Assembly: GCA_947178195.1 (NCBI GenBank)
Contig: CAMWXM010000001.1
Location: 1 to 59,838, forward strand
Direction: 5' to 3'
Length of the DNA stretch: 59,838 nucleotides
Source of the DNA: an uncultured Ruminococcus sp.
GTDB lineage: Bacteria; Bacillota; Clostridia; Oscillospirales; Ruminococcaceae
The translations under genes and the position numbers were made by a program. Below the pieces are notes generated by a model, which saw only the letters and a program-made list of their open reading frames with translations, searched no databases and was not told where the DNA came from. This document shows positions 9,991 to 20,495 of this stretch, in pieces (positions within the stretch are counted from its first letter, which is position 1; every line of letters starts with the position of its first letter).

Positions 9991-11202
9991 TCATTCTCCT
10001 TTATCATAATTTAAAATATGACCCATTTTATGCTGTTTTGTTTTCAGATAAAATTCGTCGTAAGCCGTAGCCTCCATCTGGATAGGCACACGCTCCTTTA
10101 TTTCCAGTCCGAAGTCGGACAAGCCTTCTATTTTAAGAGGATTGTTTGTAAGCAGCCGCAGGGACTTTACTCCCAGATCACGAAGTATCTGCGCTCCTAT
10201 ATAATATTCTCTCATATCCTCACCGAAACCTAAAGCAAGATTGGCTTCAACGGTATCCATTCCCCTATCCTGCAATTCATAGGCTTTAAGCTTGTTTACA
10301 AGTCCTATTCCCCTGCCCTCCTGACGAAGGTAAAGCAGGATACCCCTGCCCTCTTTTTCTATCTGGGTCATAGCCGAAGCAAGCTGCTGACCGCAATCAC
10401 ATTTCATTGAGCCAAAGGCATCTCCCGTCAGGCATTCGGAATGGACACGACACAAAACATCCTCACCGTCTCCGATGTCACCCTTTACCAATGCAACATG
10501 ATGCTCACCGTTTAAAAGATTCACATACGCCTTTGCCATAAATTTGCCGTATTTTGTTGGCATTTTGGTAACGGCAACACATTCGACCAGTTCATCATGT
10601 ACCTTTCTGTAATTCTGAAGGGCTTTTATGGTAATAAATTTCAAATTGTACTTTTCAGCCATTTTCATAAGCTCCGGAGTTCTCATCATAGTTCCGTCAT
10701 CGCTCATTATTTCACAGCATAATCCGCAGGTTTTAAGTCCTGCCAGTCTTAAAAGGTCTACGGTAGCTTCCGTATGACCATTTCTTTCCAGAACACCGTT
10801 TTTCTTTGCCAGCAGCGGGAACATGTGTCCGGGTCGTCTGAAATCTTCTGGCTTAACGTTATCCGACACGCATTTCATGGCTGTAATCGAACGCTCTGCC
10901 GCAGATATTCCCGTTGTAGTTTCAACATGGTCAATAGAAACGGTAAAGGCGGTTTCATGATTGTCTGTATTATCGTCTACCATCTGGGGCAGACGCAGCT
11001 TTTTTATATATTCATAGCTCATGGGCATGCAAATAAGTCCCTTTGCGTGAACAGCCATAAAATTCACATTTTCAGTAGTTGCAAATTCTGCGGCACAGAT
11101 AAGATCCCCTTCATTTTCACGGTCCTCGTCGTCTGTAACCATAATAAGCTTTCCCTGTCTTAAATCCTCAAGAGCTTCTTCAATGGTATTAAATTTATTC
11201 AT
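9991..11202 (-). CDS. ribBA: Bifunctional DHBP synthase / GTP cyclohydrolase II
   Basis: [22 protein letters not shown] and GHTEA, then [22 protein letters not shown] and LLTNNP. Start at ATG 11202 after AGGAG. Confidence 0.97.
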   Translation of the reverse strand: MNKFNTIEEALEDLRQGKLIMVTDDEDRENEGDLICAAEFATTENVNFMAVHAKGLICMPMSYEYIKKLRLPQMVDDNTDNHETAFTVSIDHVETTTGISAAERSITAMKCVSDNVKPEDFRRPGHMFPLLAKKNGVLERNGHTEATVDLLRLAGLKTCGLCCEIMSDDGTMMRTPELMKMAEKYNLKFITIKALQNYRKVHDELVECVAVTKMPTKYGKFMAKAYVNLLNGEHHVALVKGDIGDGEDVLCRVHSECLTGDAFGSMKCDCGQQLASAMTQIEKEGRGILLYLRQEGRGIGLVNKLKAYELQDRGMDTVEANLALGFGEDMREYYIGAQILRDLGVKSLRLLTNNPLKIEGLSDFGLEIKERVPIQMEATAYDEFYLKTKQHKMGHILNYDKGE

Positions 11203-11232
11203 ATGCGTTCTCCTATATAACAATATTATTCG

Positions 11233-11733
11233 CTAGCCATTTTTTACCATAATATTTCTTTTATTACAATACTGTATAAAGAATTTTTCAATTTTACCTA
11301 TTTCCAATGGTCCGGATAAAGGCAATTTATATTTTTTATGTTTTCCGTACTTAAGTATAAGCATGTAATAAACAGGATCATTTCCGCTGCTGTCAACTTC
11401 TCTGAAATTTATTTCTATTATATCGCCAGAGCAGATTTTAATAGTTTTTTTACCGTATTTTCTCAGTAGAAGCCTCTCATCTGATACTTCAATAAAAACC
11501 TTGCACTGAAAAAAGTAATCGATCAAAAATAAAATAAATACAAAAGCAAAAACAGCAATTTCCAAAATCATAAACCAACCTACAAATTTAATTTCATCTG
11601 ACTTAATTACAGTTATTATAAGAAATATTATTAAAACAATCAACGCAACTATTGCCTTATCCTTAATACCTCTTTTTTTATTATTATTGATCGTCATAGT
11701 ATCATCATCTGTAATAATTACATCAACATCCAT
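11233..11733 (-). CDS. Hypothetical membrane protein (2 TM helices plus a soluble beta-rich C-terminal domain) inside the rib operon
   Basis: 166-aa ORF with a GGGAG RBS and two hydrophobic stretches; visibly more AT-rich than the flanking rib genes. Confidence 0.7.
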   Translation of the reverse strand: MDVDVIITDDDTMTINNNKKRGIKDKAIVALIVLIIFLIITVIKSDEIKFVGWFMILEIAVFAFVFILFLIDYFFQCKVFIEVSDERLLLRKYGKKTIKICSGDIIEINFREVDSSGNDPVYYMLILKYGKHKKYKLPLSGPLEIGKIEKFFIQYCNKRNIMVKNG

Positions 11734-11767
11734 AGCTAAAGTCTCCCAGATATTCTAAATAGATATA

Positions 11768-12415
11768 CTAAATAAATCCATTTGCAGAAAGAAAATCCTT
11801 TGTTATTTTGCTTTTATCATTATTTTTATTTATTCCCAGAAGCTTTTCAACATATTTTCCAATCATATCGTTTTCAAGATTCACCTTATCCCCCACAGCC
11901 TTTTCCGAAAGTATAGTTTCCTTTGCCGTATGAGGAATTATTGAAACGCTGAAGCTATGGTCGGTAATACTTGCAACGGTAAGGCTTATTCCGTCAATAG
12001 CGACAGAGCCTTTTTCTATGATATATTTTAAAATTTCATCGTCTGCTTTTATGGTATACCAGATAGCGTTATCGTCCTTTTTAATATCTGTAATAATACC
12101 TGTTCCGTCCACATGTCCTGCAACAATATGACCTCCGAATCGTCCGTTTGCAGCCATTGCTCTTTCAAGGTTTACATGGTTTCCGGAGGTAAGTTCAGAA
12201 AGAGAGCTTCTTGAAAAGGTTTCGTTCATTACATCTGCAGTAAAGGTATCTCCCGAAATATCCGAAGCTGTAAGGCATACGCCGTTTACCGCTACACTGT
12301 CACCAAGACTTAAATCGGAAAAAATTTTTTTTGCGTTTACAACAATTCTGGCTTCACGTGGAGTATGACTTACAGAAACTATCGTTCCGATCTCCTCGAT
12401 TATTCCCGTAAACAT
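11768..12415 (-). CDS. ribE: Riboflavin synthase (alpha chain)
   Basis: MFTGIIEE N-terminus, GDSVAVNGVCLT, VNLERA, GGHIVAGHVDG, KGSVAIDGISLT and VNLEND. Confidence 0.97.
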   Translation of the reverse strand: MFTGIIEEIGTIVSVSHTPREARIVVNAKKIFSDLSLGDSVAVNGVCLTASDISGDTFTADVMNETFSRSSLSELTSGNHVNLERAMAANGRFGGHIVAGHVDGTGIITDIKKDDNAIWYTIKADDEILKYIIEKGSVAIDGISLTVASITDHSFSVSIIPHTAKETILSEKAVGDKVNLENDMIGKYVEKLLGINKNNDKSKITKDFLSANGFI

Positions 12416-13513
12416 TTACAGAACCTCCCATTCCAGAAGAACGTCGTCATCAAAACGAGTTATCTTGGGATTACTTAATTTTACGGCGTTATCAGGCGAG
12501 TTAAAGCCCATTCCGCAAACAGGCGACGAAGCTGTTCCGCCTCCCAGTATCTTCGGTGAAATGTAAGCCTGTATACGATTTACGATACCCTTTTCCAGCG
12601 CACTGAAATTAAGTTCGCTTCCGCCCTCTAAAAGAATGCTGTCAATATTTTTTTCGCCAAGCTTTTTCATAAGCTCCTTTAAATTAACATGCCCTTGGTC
12701 GGAGGAGGTACATATTACCTCCACGCCCATTCTCTCAAAAAATTTTGGTTTTTTCACACCGGATTTTTCGGTACACGCCATTATGGTGGGAATTTTTCTT
12801 GCCGACTGTATTATTCCGCAGTTCAGCGGTATCCTGAGCGAGCTGTCGCATATTATACGATAAGGATTTCTACCGTTTTCAAGACGGCAGGTAAGTCTAG
12901 GGTCGTCCTCTAAAACCGTGTTTATTCCCACCATAATACCCGAATATCTCAGACGGCTTTTTTGCACGTCCTTTCTTGAAAGCTCGTTTGATATCCATTT
13001 TGATTCGCCGGTATAAGAGGCAATTTTTCCATCGGCTGTCATAGCGTATTTCATTACTACATAAGGCGTACCGTGAGTAATATAATGGAAAAACGGCTTG
13101 TTTAATTTGTCACATTCTTCCTTTAAAACTCCGGTCACGACCTCTATTTCATGGCTGCGCAGTATCTCAATTCCCTTTCCTGCAACAAGGGGATTAGGGT
13201 CGTCCGAGCCGATATAGACCTTTTTTATACCGCTTTCTATAATAATGTCGGTACAGGGCGGAGTCTGTCCCTGATGACAGCAAGGTTCCAGAGTAACATA
13301 AAGCTCTGCTCCGGTCATATCCTCCTTACAGTTTTCAATTGCATTTCTTTCAGCGTGAGGTTCTCCATATTTATGATGATAATCCTTTGAGATAATTTTA
13401 TCATTTTTTACAATAACCGCTCCTACCATTGGATTAGGATTTACAAATCCCATACCCTTTTCAGCTTCTTCAACGGCAATTTTCATATATTCTTCTGCTG
13501 TCAATTCTATCAT
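12416..13513 (-). CDS. ribD: Bifunctional diaminohydroxyphosphoribosylaminopyrimidine deaminase / reductase
   Basis: PNPMVGAV, HAE, TLEPCCHQGQTPPC, SKWIS, DDPRLT and LLEGG. The true start may be TTG at 13504, which is better spaced from the AGGAG. Confidence 0.96.
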   Translation of the reverse strand: MIELTAEEYMKIAVEEAEKGMGFVNPNPMVGAVIVKNDKIISKDYHHKYGEPHAERNAIENCKEDMTGAELYVTLEPCCHQGQTPPCTDIIIESGIKKVYIGSDDPNPLVAGKGIEILRSHEIEVVTGVLKEECDKLNKPFFHYITHGTPYVVMKYAMTADGKIASYTGESKWISNELSRKDVQKSRLRYSGIMVGINTVLEDDPRLTCRLENGRNPYRIICDSSLRIPLNCGIIQSARKIPTIMACTEKSGVKKPKFFERMGVEVICTSSDQGHVNLKELMKKLGEKNIDSILLEGGSELNFSALEKGIVNRIQAYISPKILGGGTASSPVCGMGFNSPDNAVKLSNPKITRFDDDVLLEWEVL

Positions 13514-13523
13514 CTCCTAACAC

Positions 13524-13557
13524 AAATAAAGCCCCGTTTTAAATAAAACGGGGCTTT
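13524..13557 (-). terminator. Intrinsic terminator in the rib leader (riboswitch expression platform)
   Basis: 14-bp inverted repeat AAAGCCCCGTTTTA/TAAAACGGGGCTTT, followed by a U-rich tract on the minus strand, between the aptamer and the ribD RBS. Confidence 0.85.
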
Positions 13558-13582
13558 AGATATATAACACAAATAATGTTAA

Positions 13583-13695
13583 ATGTTTTCTTTCATCCGG
13601 ACTTTAACCGTCGGTTACGGAATTTAGCCGTATCGTGCCAAAGGCTTGCAGACTTTTACTGCCGGTAGGGAATTATCACCCTGCCCCGAAAACGT
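13583..13695 (-). ncRNA. FMN riboswitch (RFN element)
   Basis: Minus strand reads GTTTTCGGGGCAGGGTGATAATTCCCTACCGGCAGTAAAAGTCTGCAAGCC...GATACGGCTAAATTCCGTAACCGACGGTTAAAGTCCGGATGAAAGAAAAC, matching the RFN pattern (GGGCAGGGTGAAATTCCCGACCGG...CCGAC.GT.AAAGTC.GGATG.GAGA). It lies directly upstream of ribD. Confidence 0.95.
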
Positions 13696-13718
13696 TATTA
13701 TTAATTATTATTAATATT

Positions 13719-13747
13719 ATTGTATCACAGTAATGCTGATGTGTCAA
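13719..13747 (-). promoter_or_regulatory. SigA-type promoter of the rib operon
   Basis: TTGACA-N17-TACAAT with TGn extended -10, about 25 nt upstream of the aptamer. Confidence 0.8.
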
Positions 13748-13755
13748 TAGCAAAT

Positions 13756-14976
13756 TTATCTTTTTGCATTAGCAAGCATAAGCTTTATTCTGTTTTCCTG
13801 ATTTACCTTTGTAGCGCCCGGGTCGTAATCTATAGCGACAATATTCGCACCGGGATAAGCCTGCTTGATAATTCTCGACATACCCTTTGCAACAATATGG
13901 TTTGGCAGACAGCCAAAGGGTTGAGTACATATAATATTTTCCGTACCAGTCTCGGCAAGAGCCGCCATTTCAGCAGGAATAAGCCAACCCTCTCCCATAT
14001 TTACTCCCTGACTTATATATTTATCCGCCAGCTTTCTTATATGGTCAAAATCATGTGGCGGTTCAAATTCTCCGTGTTCGTTGATAGCCTTTATAAACTT
14101 TTTCTGGAAGCTGTGAAGCAGCTTATAACCGATACTGCTTACCATAGTACCCTTATTTTTAAACTGATAAAGCTTGCTGTCAGCAACAGTTCCTGCAAGG
14201 CAATACATAACAAATTCCATAAGGGCAGGCACTATCGGTTCACAACCCTCCGATAAAAGAAATTCCTCAAGATGATTATTTGCAAGGGGCGAATATTTTA
14301 CATATATTTCTCCCACAATGCCTACCCGTATTTTCTTTTCCTTTCTGCGTTTTATAGCCGCAAAGTCGTCCAGTATCATTTTGCAGTATTTATTTACTTT
14401 AAGAAATTCCCTTTTATCAAAAATCGGTATAAGCCTTTTCTGCCATTTTTCTCTGACCGCTTCAGTATCCCCTTCATTTATCTCATATGGCTTGCACTGA
14501 TTATACAGCGACATCAGAAGATCTCCGTAAAATACCGCTACCCCTACCTTTGCAAGCATAGGAAGGCTGAGGGACAATCCGTTCCCCTTTTCCAATCCGC
14601 TCAGATTCAGGGAAATAACAGGCACTTGGGGAAATTCCTTTCTGAGAGCCTTTCTTAAAAGATGGATATAATTTGAAGCACGGCAGCCGCCGCCTGTCTG
14701 GGTAAGCATAAGAGCCGTTTTATTTACGTCATATTTACCGCTTTTCAAAGCGTTTATAAACTGCCCAATAACAAGCAAAGCCGGATAACAGGTATCATTG
14801 TGGACGTTTTTCAGTCCCTCGTCCACCACCTCTCTGGTGGACGTCTGAAGCAGTTCTACATGATAACCATACTTTTCAAGTATGCCGATAATAATTTTAA
14901 AATGAACAGGAAGCATATCCGGCACAAGAATTTTATACTCCGATTTCATTTCGTCCTTAAACACAGGGTAATTCAT
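13756..14976 (-). CDS. 2-hydroxyacyl-CoA dehydratase-related / CoA-activase-associated protein (C-terminal module of the YxcA-like system)
   Basis: NDTCYPA, QTGGGCRASNY, GIVGEIYVK, GEGW, QPFGCLPNH and IDYDPGA..VNQENRIKLM motifs; immediately downstream of the activase gene. Confidence 0.8.
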   Translation of the reverse strand: MNYPVFKDEMKSEYKILVPDMLPVHFKIIIGILEKYGYHVELLQTSTREVVDEGLKNVHNDTCYPALLVIGQFINALKSGKYDVNKTALMLTQTGGGCRASNYIHLLRKALRKEFPQVPVISLNLSGLEKGNGLSLSLPMLAKVGVAVFYGDLLMSLYNQCKPYEINEGDTEAVREKWQKRLIPIFDKREFLKVNKYCKMILDDFAAIKRRKEKKIRVGIVGEIYVKYSPLANNHLEEFLLSEGCEPIVPALMEFVMYCLAGTVADSKLYQFKNKGTMVSSIGYKLLHSFQKKFIKAINEHGEFEPPHDFDHIRKLADKYISQGVNMGEGWLIPAEMAALAETGTENIICTQPFGCLPNHIVAKGMSRIIKQAYPGANIVAIDYDPGATKVNQENRIKLMLANAKR

Positions 14977-14990
14977 CTTTAAATGCCTCC

Positions 14991-17918
14991 TTATTTATCT
15001 TCCATTGCAGCCACAAGACTTCTGAGTCTTATTTTCGCCGCTCCCAGATTATTTATTTCATCAATTTTAAGCTGAGTATAAAGCTTTCCGTTAGATTCCA
15101 GTATTTCTCGTACCTCATCAGTAGTAATAGCGTCTATTCCACAGCCGAAGGATACAAGCTGAACAAGCTGCATATCCGGCTGAGTAGTAACATACTGAGC
15201 CGCACGGTAAAGCCTTGCATGATAGCTCCACTGATTGAGTACGTTCGGATGAGGATAATGCCCGTACTGGAAAACGGCGTCCTCAGAAACCACTGCCATA
15301 TCAAGACTTGTAATAAGCTTTTGTATGCCGTGATTTATTTCCTTATCCACATGATAGGGACGTCCTGAAAGAACGATTATTTTCTGATTATTTTCTCTTG
15401 CCCTTGAAATTATCTGATTTCCCTTATTGAAAATCTCATTTCTGTAATCGGCAAGACTTTTATAAGCCTTTTTCAGGGCGGATTTTACTTTTGATTTTGT
15501 TATTCCGTATTTTTTCAGCAAATCATACATTACTGAAAGAACATGCTTTTCACGGTTTAAATCTATATAGGGATATATAAAATTATCAGCAGTAAGCCTT
15601 GAATTATTTGCAATCAGAAGTTCGGGATAATAAGCGACAACAGGACAGTTGAAATGATTATCGCTTTCGCCCTCATCTATATTATAGCTCATGCATGGAT
15701 AGAATATAAAATCCACATATTTATTAAGCAGACTTTCGATATGACCGTGAGCAAGCTTTGCCGGATAGCATACCGTATCGGAAGGTATAGTATGCTGACC
15801 CAGATAATATATTTCCCTTGAGCTTTCATCTGAAATGACAACGTCCATTCCCACCTCGTTAAACAATGTTTTCCAGAACGGCAGAAGCTCGTAAAAATTC
15901 AGAGCCATAGGTATTCCCACTGTGGCAATGGGATTTTCAATGTGGGATTCTGCCATTTCAAGCAGGAGATTATATTTGAAATCATATATGCTTTCGTTAT
16001 CCTTGTCGATTTTTTTGCCTGCGCCTCTTTCACATCTGTTGCCGGAAATAAATTTTCCTCCGTCGGCAAAGGTAATGATATTAAGTCCGCATTTTGCGGT
16101 ACAGCCGCCACACTGAGCTGATTTTGAAGTATAATGAAAGTGTTCTAAATCTTCTTTTGAAATTATGGACGACTCTCCAGCTGATTTTTCTTTGGCATAA
16201 AGTGCAGCGCCAAATGCTCCCATAAGTCCCGATATAGCCGGTCTTATAACATCTCTTCCCATTTCCATTTCAAAGGCTCTCAGCACAGCGTCATTAAGGA
16301 ATGTTCCGCCCTGAACAACAATATTTTTTCCCAGCTCTTCGGGAGATTTTGCTCTTATTACCTTGTATACCGCATTTTTTATAATTGACGAGGAAAGTCC
16401 TGCGGAAATATCTTCAACAGAAGCTCCGTCCTTTTGTGCCTGTTTTACGCTGCTGTTCATAAATACCGTACAGCGTGAGCCCAGGTCTACAGGGTGCTCC
16501 GCCATAAGTCCCAACGCCGCAAAATCCGCTATGTCGTATCCCAGTGCAAGAGCAAAGGTCTGTATAAACGAGCCACAGCCGGAAGAGCATGCCTCGTTTA
16601 ACATAATAGAATCAATGCTGTGATTTTTTATTTTAAAGCATTTTATATCCTGCCCGCCTATATCTATAATAAAATCCACCTCGGGGCAGAAATATGACGC
16701 TGCTTTAAAATGCGCAACCGTTTCAACTATGCCGAAATCTATTGAAAGCCCAGCTTTTATCAGATCCTCGCCATAGCCTGTAACGGCAGCTCCGGCAATT
16801 GTTATATCAGGATTCATCTCGCTGTAAATATGCTTTAGCTTATCGGCTATCCTGTCAAGGGGCTGTCCCTTGTTAGACGAATAGTGATGGTATAATATAC
16901 GGCAGTCCTCAGTAATAAGAATAAGTTTTGTAGTAGTAGAGCCTGCGTCTATACCAAGATAAGCCTTTCCCTTGTATTTGTAAAGGTCAGCATATTTTAA
17001 ATCACATTTTTTATGTCTTACTATAAATTCCTCATATTCCTGCTTCGAGCTGAAAAGAGGCTTGCCGGTGACGATACCGCTGCCGTTTTCGGCATTTTCG
17101 ATTTTTTCTATTATCCGGGATTATTTAAAACTGTCATGACTTTTTGACGAAAACAAAGCGCAGCCCAATGCGACAAAAACAGGAGCTTCCTCAGGAAATA
17201 TTGCCGTTTCGTTTTCCGTAAGCTTCAATGTCTGCACAAAAGCATGACGGAGGCCTTTTAAAAATGAAAGCGGACCGCCCAGAAAAAGTACCTTTCCTTC
17301 AATAGTTCTGCCCTGAGCAAGACCAGAGACGGTCTGATCCACTACTGCCTGAAAAATACTGGCGCAGATATCCTCACGGTTAGCCCCCTGATTCAGAAGC
17401 GGCTGTATATCAGATTTAGCAAACACTCCGCATCTTGAAGCAATAGGATAAATTTTTTCCGCCCTCAAGGACATATTATCCATATCGTTTACTGATACTC
17501 CCAGAAGGGTTGCCATCTGGTCGATAAATGCCCCCGTACCTCCGGCGCAGGAACCGTTCATACGCTGTTCAACGCCGCCGGTAAGAAATATTATTTTAGC
17601 GTCCTCGCCGCCCAGCTCTATAACTGCGTCGGCATCGGGAAAACGTTCCTTGACGGCTATAAAAGCTGAGTTTACCTCTTGTACAAATGGAATCTTTGCA
17701 CCGGTAGCAAGACCCAGTCCTGCCGAGCCTGTCATGCAAAGCTTAAATTCGTCCTGGGGATATTTTTTTTCTATATCCTCTAACTGAGCCTTTACTGCGT
17801 CTTTTACCTTTGAAAAGTGGCGCTGATATTCAGAATGGATGATACGATTTTCATTGTCAATAATAACGGTTTTTACTGTCGTTGAGCCGACATCTATACC
17901 GAGAGAGTAAGTAGCCAT
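14991..17918 (-). pseudogene. Acyl-CoA dehydratase activase (two BadF/BadG/BcrA/BcrD ASKHA ATPase domains plus a DUF2229-like region) interrupted by one in-frame TAA at 17121-17123
   Basis: The track ORFs 17121..17984 and 14991..16817 are in the same frame. The 101 codons between them are open and encode the second ATPase start (YLGIDAGSTTTK). Both domains have ELGGEDAK/DIGGQDIK, CAGGTG/CSSGCG and RCGVF/RCTVF. Start at ATG 17918 (MATYSLGIDVGSTT). Confidence 0.85.
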
Positions 17919-17955
17919 AATTTTTTTGCCTTTCTTCAAAATTGAAATTGTTATT

Positions 17956-17984
17956 ATTATAACACAATACTTTGTAAAATGCAA
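17956..17984 (-). promoter_or_regulatory. SigA-type promoter for the activase operon
   Basis: TTGCAT-N17-TATAAT with TGn extension; divergent from the glyQS promoter. Confidence 0.7.
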
Positions 17985-18017
17985 ATAAAATTATTTTCAG
18001 GGAAGATTTTCTCAGTG

Positions 18018-18046
18018 TTGACTTTTTTCGGAAATTGGTGTAAAAT
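18018..18046 (+). promoter_or_regulatory. SigA-type promoter for glyQS
   Basis: TTGACT-N17-TAAAAT, about 55 nt upstream of the start codon. Confidence 0.7.
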
Positions 18047-18105
18047 AAATTAAAGAGAAGCTTGCGGTATTATCCCGTAATTAAATTTAAGTGAGGAATA
18101 TGACG

Positions 18106-19509
18106 ATGAATAATAAAGAAAAATCTATGGATAAAATTGTTGACCTTTGCAAATCAAAGGGTTACGTATACCCTGGTTCGGAAATTTATGGTGGTCTTGC
18201 CAATACATGGGATTACGGTCCTCTTGGGGTCGAACTTAAAAACAATATAAAAAAAGCTTGGCTTAAAAAATTTGTTCAGGAAAACAAATATAATGTAGGT
18301 CTTGACAGCGCAATACTTATGAATCCTCAGACATGGGTGGCTTCCGGTCATATCGGCGGCTTTTCCGATCCGCTTATGGACTGCAAGGAATGCAAGACAC
18401 GTCACAGAGCGGATAATCTTATTGAAGATTTTGACGGTACTAATGTTGCCGGTTGGACCAATGAACAGATGACAGAATATATCCGTGAGCACAATATAGT
18501 ATGCCCTAACTGCGGAAAAGCTGATTTTACAGATATAAGACAGTTCAATCTTATGTTCAAGACTTTCCAGGGCGTAACGGAAGACACGAAATCCGAGCTT
18601 TATCTGCGTCCTGAAACAGCTCAGGGTATTTTTGTAAACTTCGGAAATATTCAGCGTACAACAAGAAAAAAAGTTCCTTTCGGCGTTGCTCAGATAGGCA
18701 AATCATTCAGAAATGAAATCACTCCCGGCAACTTTATTTTCCGTGTTCGTGAATTTGAACAGATGGAGCTTGAATTTTTCTGCAAGCCCGGTACAGACCT
18801 TGAATGGTTCAGCTATTGGAGAAGCTTCTGCAAAGACTTTTTAACAGGTCTGGGACTTAAAGAAGAAAATCTGCGTCTGAGAGACCATTCCGCAGAAGAG
18901 CTTTGCTTCTATTCAAAGGCTACTACCGATTTTGAGTACCTGTTCCCATTCGGCTGGGGCGAGCTTTGGGGCGTTGCGGACAGAACCGATTATGATCTTA
19001 CTCAGCATGTAAATACAAGTGGAAAATCTCTTGAATATTTTGATCCCGAAACAAATGAAAAGTATATCCCCTATGTTATCGAGCCTTCGCTTGGCGTGGA
19101 AAGACTTTTCCTGTCAATTGTAACAGAGGCTTATGACGAAGAAGAGCTTGTAACCACCGACAAAAACGGAAACGAAAAGAAAGACATAAGAACGGTCATG
19201 CGTCTGCACCCTGCTTTAGCGCCGTATAAGGCTGCTGTTCTTCCTCTTGTCAAAAAGCTTACCCCGAAAGCTGAAGAGGTATATGAAATGCTTTCAAAGA
19301 AGTTTATGGTAACATTTGACGAAGCCGGAACTATTGGAAAAAGATATCGCCGTCAGGACGAGATCGGTACTCCTTTCTGCATAACATATGATTTCGATAC
19401 GCTCGAAAAGGACGGCTGTGTTACAGTCCGTGACAGAGATACTATGGAACAGGAAAGAGTTAAAATCGAAGAACTGGTCGCATATATAGATAAAAAAATC
19501 GAATATTAA
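18106..19509 (+). CDS. glyQS: Glycyl-tRNA synthetase, homodimeric (alpha2) type
   Basis: [62 protein letters not shown] and [14 protein letters not shown]. Start is 18106 or 18100. Confidence 0.97.
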   Translation: MNNKEKSMDKIVDLCKSKGYVYPGSEIYGGLANTWDYGPLGVELKNNIKKAWLKKFVQENKYNVGLDSAILMNPQTWVASGHIGGFSDPLMDCKECKTRHRADNLIEDFDGTNVAGWTNEQMTEYIREHNIVCPNCGKADFTDIRQFNLMFKTFQGVTEDTKSELYLRPETAQGIFVNFGNIQRTTRKKVPFGVAQIGKSFRNEITPGNFIFRVREFEQMELEFFCKPGTDLEWFSYWRSFCKDFLTGLGLKEENLRLRDHSAEELCFYSKATTDFEYLFPFGWGELWGVADRTDYDLTQHVNTSGKSLEYFDPETNEKYIPYVIEPSLGVERLFLSIVTEAYDEEELVTTDKNGNEKKDIRTVMRLHPALAPYKAAVLPLVKKLTPKAEEVYEMLSKKFMVTFDEAGTIGKRYRRQDEIGTPFCITYDFDTLEKDGCVTVRDRDTMEQERVKIEELVAYIDKKIEY

Positions 19510-19548
19510 AAAATACCGCTCAAGAATTTTTCTTGAGCGGTATTTTTA
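19507..19548. terminator. Bidirectional intrinsic terminator
   Basis: Perfect inverted repeat AAAAATACCGCTCAAGAA / TTCTTGAGCGGTATTTTT between convergent genes. Confidence 0.9.
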
Positions 19549-19565
19549 TATGTATTACATTTTTT

Positions 19566-20351
19566 TCAAGGCAGCCATGAAATATTTACTTCTTTAAACT
19601 GATTTGTGGTTTTGTCAAATTCAAACGTATAACCGCTGCTGCCCATATAAACCTCCGAATCGACCAGATACTTTACATAATTCGTATCGGTGATCTCGGT
19701 AGCATCGCCGTTATTTTCCAGAAGCTGATCCTTTGTAAGAGTCAGCGGAAACGAAAAGCAAACATGATCTGACGCATCATTGAGGTTATTTATAATAGAT
19801 TCGTTCATACTGTCTTCATAATCCGACTGAGGAACATAGAGGGTGTACAATCTTACATTACAGAGCAGGCATTCCGCTTCAGTAATATTTGTGTCGGTAG
19901 TATTAATAAAAGTAAACTGCATAGTGACAAAATCGTTGATTCTGGCAGTATATCTTGCAGTTTCGTAATTTTTATTTACATTATTGCCGATATTATTCAA
20001 TTCATTTTTTTCAAACGGTATTCCATCGTCAACAAGATCCTGCAAGGTGTTTTCACCAAGAGTATAAATTTTACCATTATACGCAAAGCATCTTTTTTCA
20101 AGGTCTGCATAATTTTTGCTTAAACCTTCGACCGGAGTAAATTCTTTCAGTTCAGCAGTCAGAACTGAACTTTCATCGCTTTCAGCTGAAGTTTCAGCCT
20201 CCGTTTCTGTTTCTGTTTCCGATTCTGTTGTTTCAACGATTGTCGTCTGCTCTGTTTCATTTTCGGCTGTTTTGCTGCTTTCAGATGACGACCCGCAGCC
20301 AGTAAAACTCATAAACATCGCAACTGCAATAATTAATGTTAATTTCTTCAT
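19566..20351 (-). CDS. Hypothetical lipoprotein
   Basis: MKK plus a hydrophobic stretch and lipobox SFTG-C, an S/T/E-rich linker and a globular C-terminus; AAGGAAAGG RBS. Confidence 0.8.
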   Translation of the reverse strand: MKKLTLIIAVAMFMSFTGCGSSSESSKTAENETEQTTIVETTESETETETEAETSAESDESSVLTAELKEFTPVEGLSKNYADLEKRCFAYNGKIYTLGENTLQDLVDDGIPFEKNELNNIGNNVNKNYETARYTARINDFVTMQFTFINTTDTNITEAECLLCNVRLYTLYVPQSDYEDSMNESIINNLNDASDHVCFSFPLTLTKDQLLENNGDATEITDTNYVKYLVDSEVYMGSSGYTFEFDKTTNQFKEVNISWLP

Positions 20352-20395
20352 TTTATAATATTCCTTTCCTTGATATCATAATCAATCCAGTAAAC

Positions 20396-20424
20396 ATTAT
20401 AGCATTATAGGCAATATTTGTCAA
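20396..20424 (-). promoter_or_regulatory. Consensus SigA promoter for the lipoprotein gene
   Basis: Perfect TTGACA-N17-TATAAT with TGn extension. Confidence 0.8.
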
Positions 20425-20495
20425 GAAATTATCAAAACAATATTTCCCAAAGATTTTCAACAAAATTCTTGGAGAATAGTGGCTTAATTAAAAAA

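Noticed and set aside
13756-14990. Separation of the 406-aa module from the activase as a second lesion
   Set aside because: The downstream gene has its own GGAGG RBS and ATG 14 nt after the stop, which looks like a natural two-gene arrangement.
16818-17123. Programmed frameshift or Sec/Pyl recoding in the activase gene
   Set aside because: Both parts are in the same frame and the stop is TAA, which terminates many other genes here.
20444-20474. Imperfect hairpin after the 20496 gene
   Set aside because: AT-rich, mismatched and with a poor U-tract; may be a weak terminator but not supportable.
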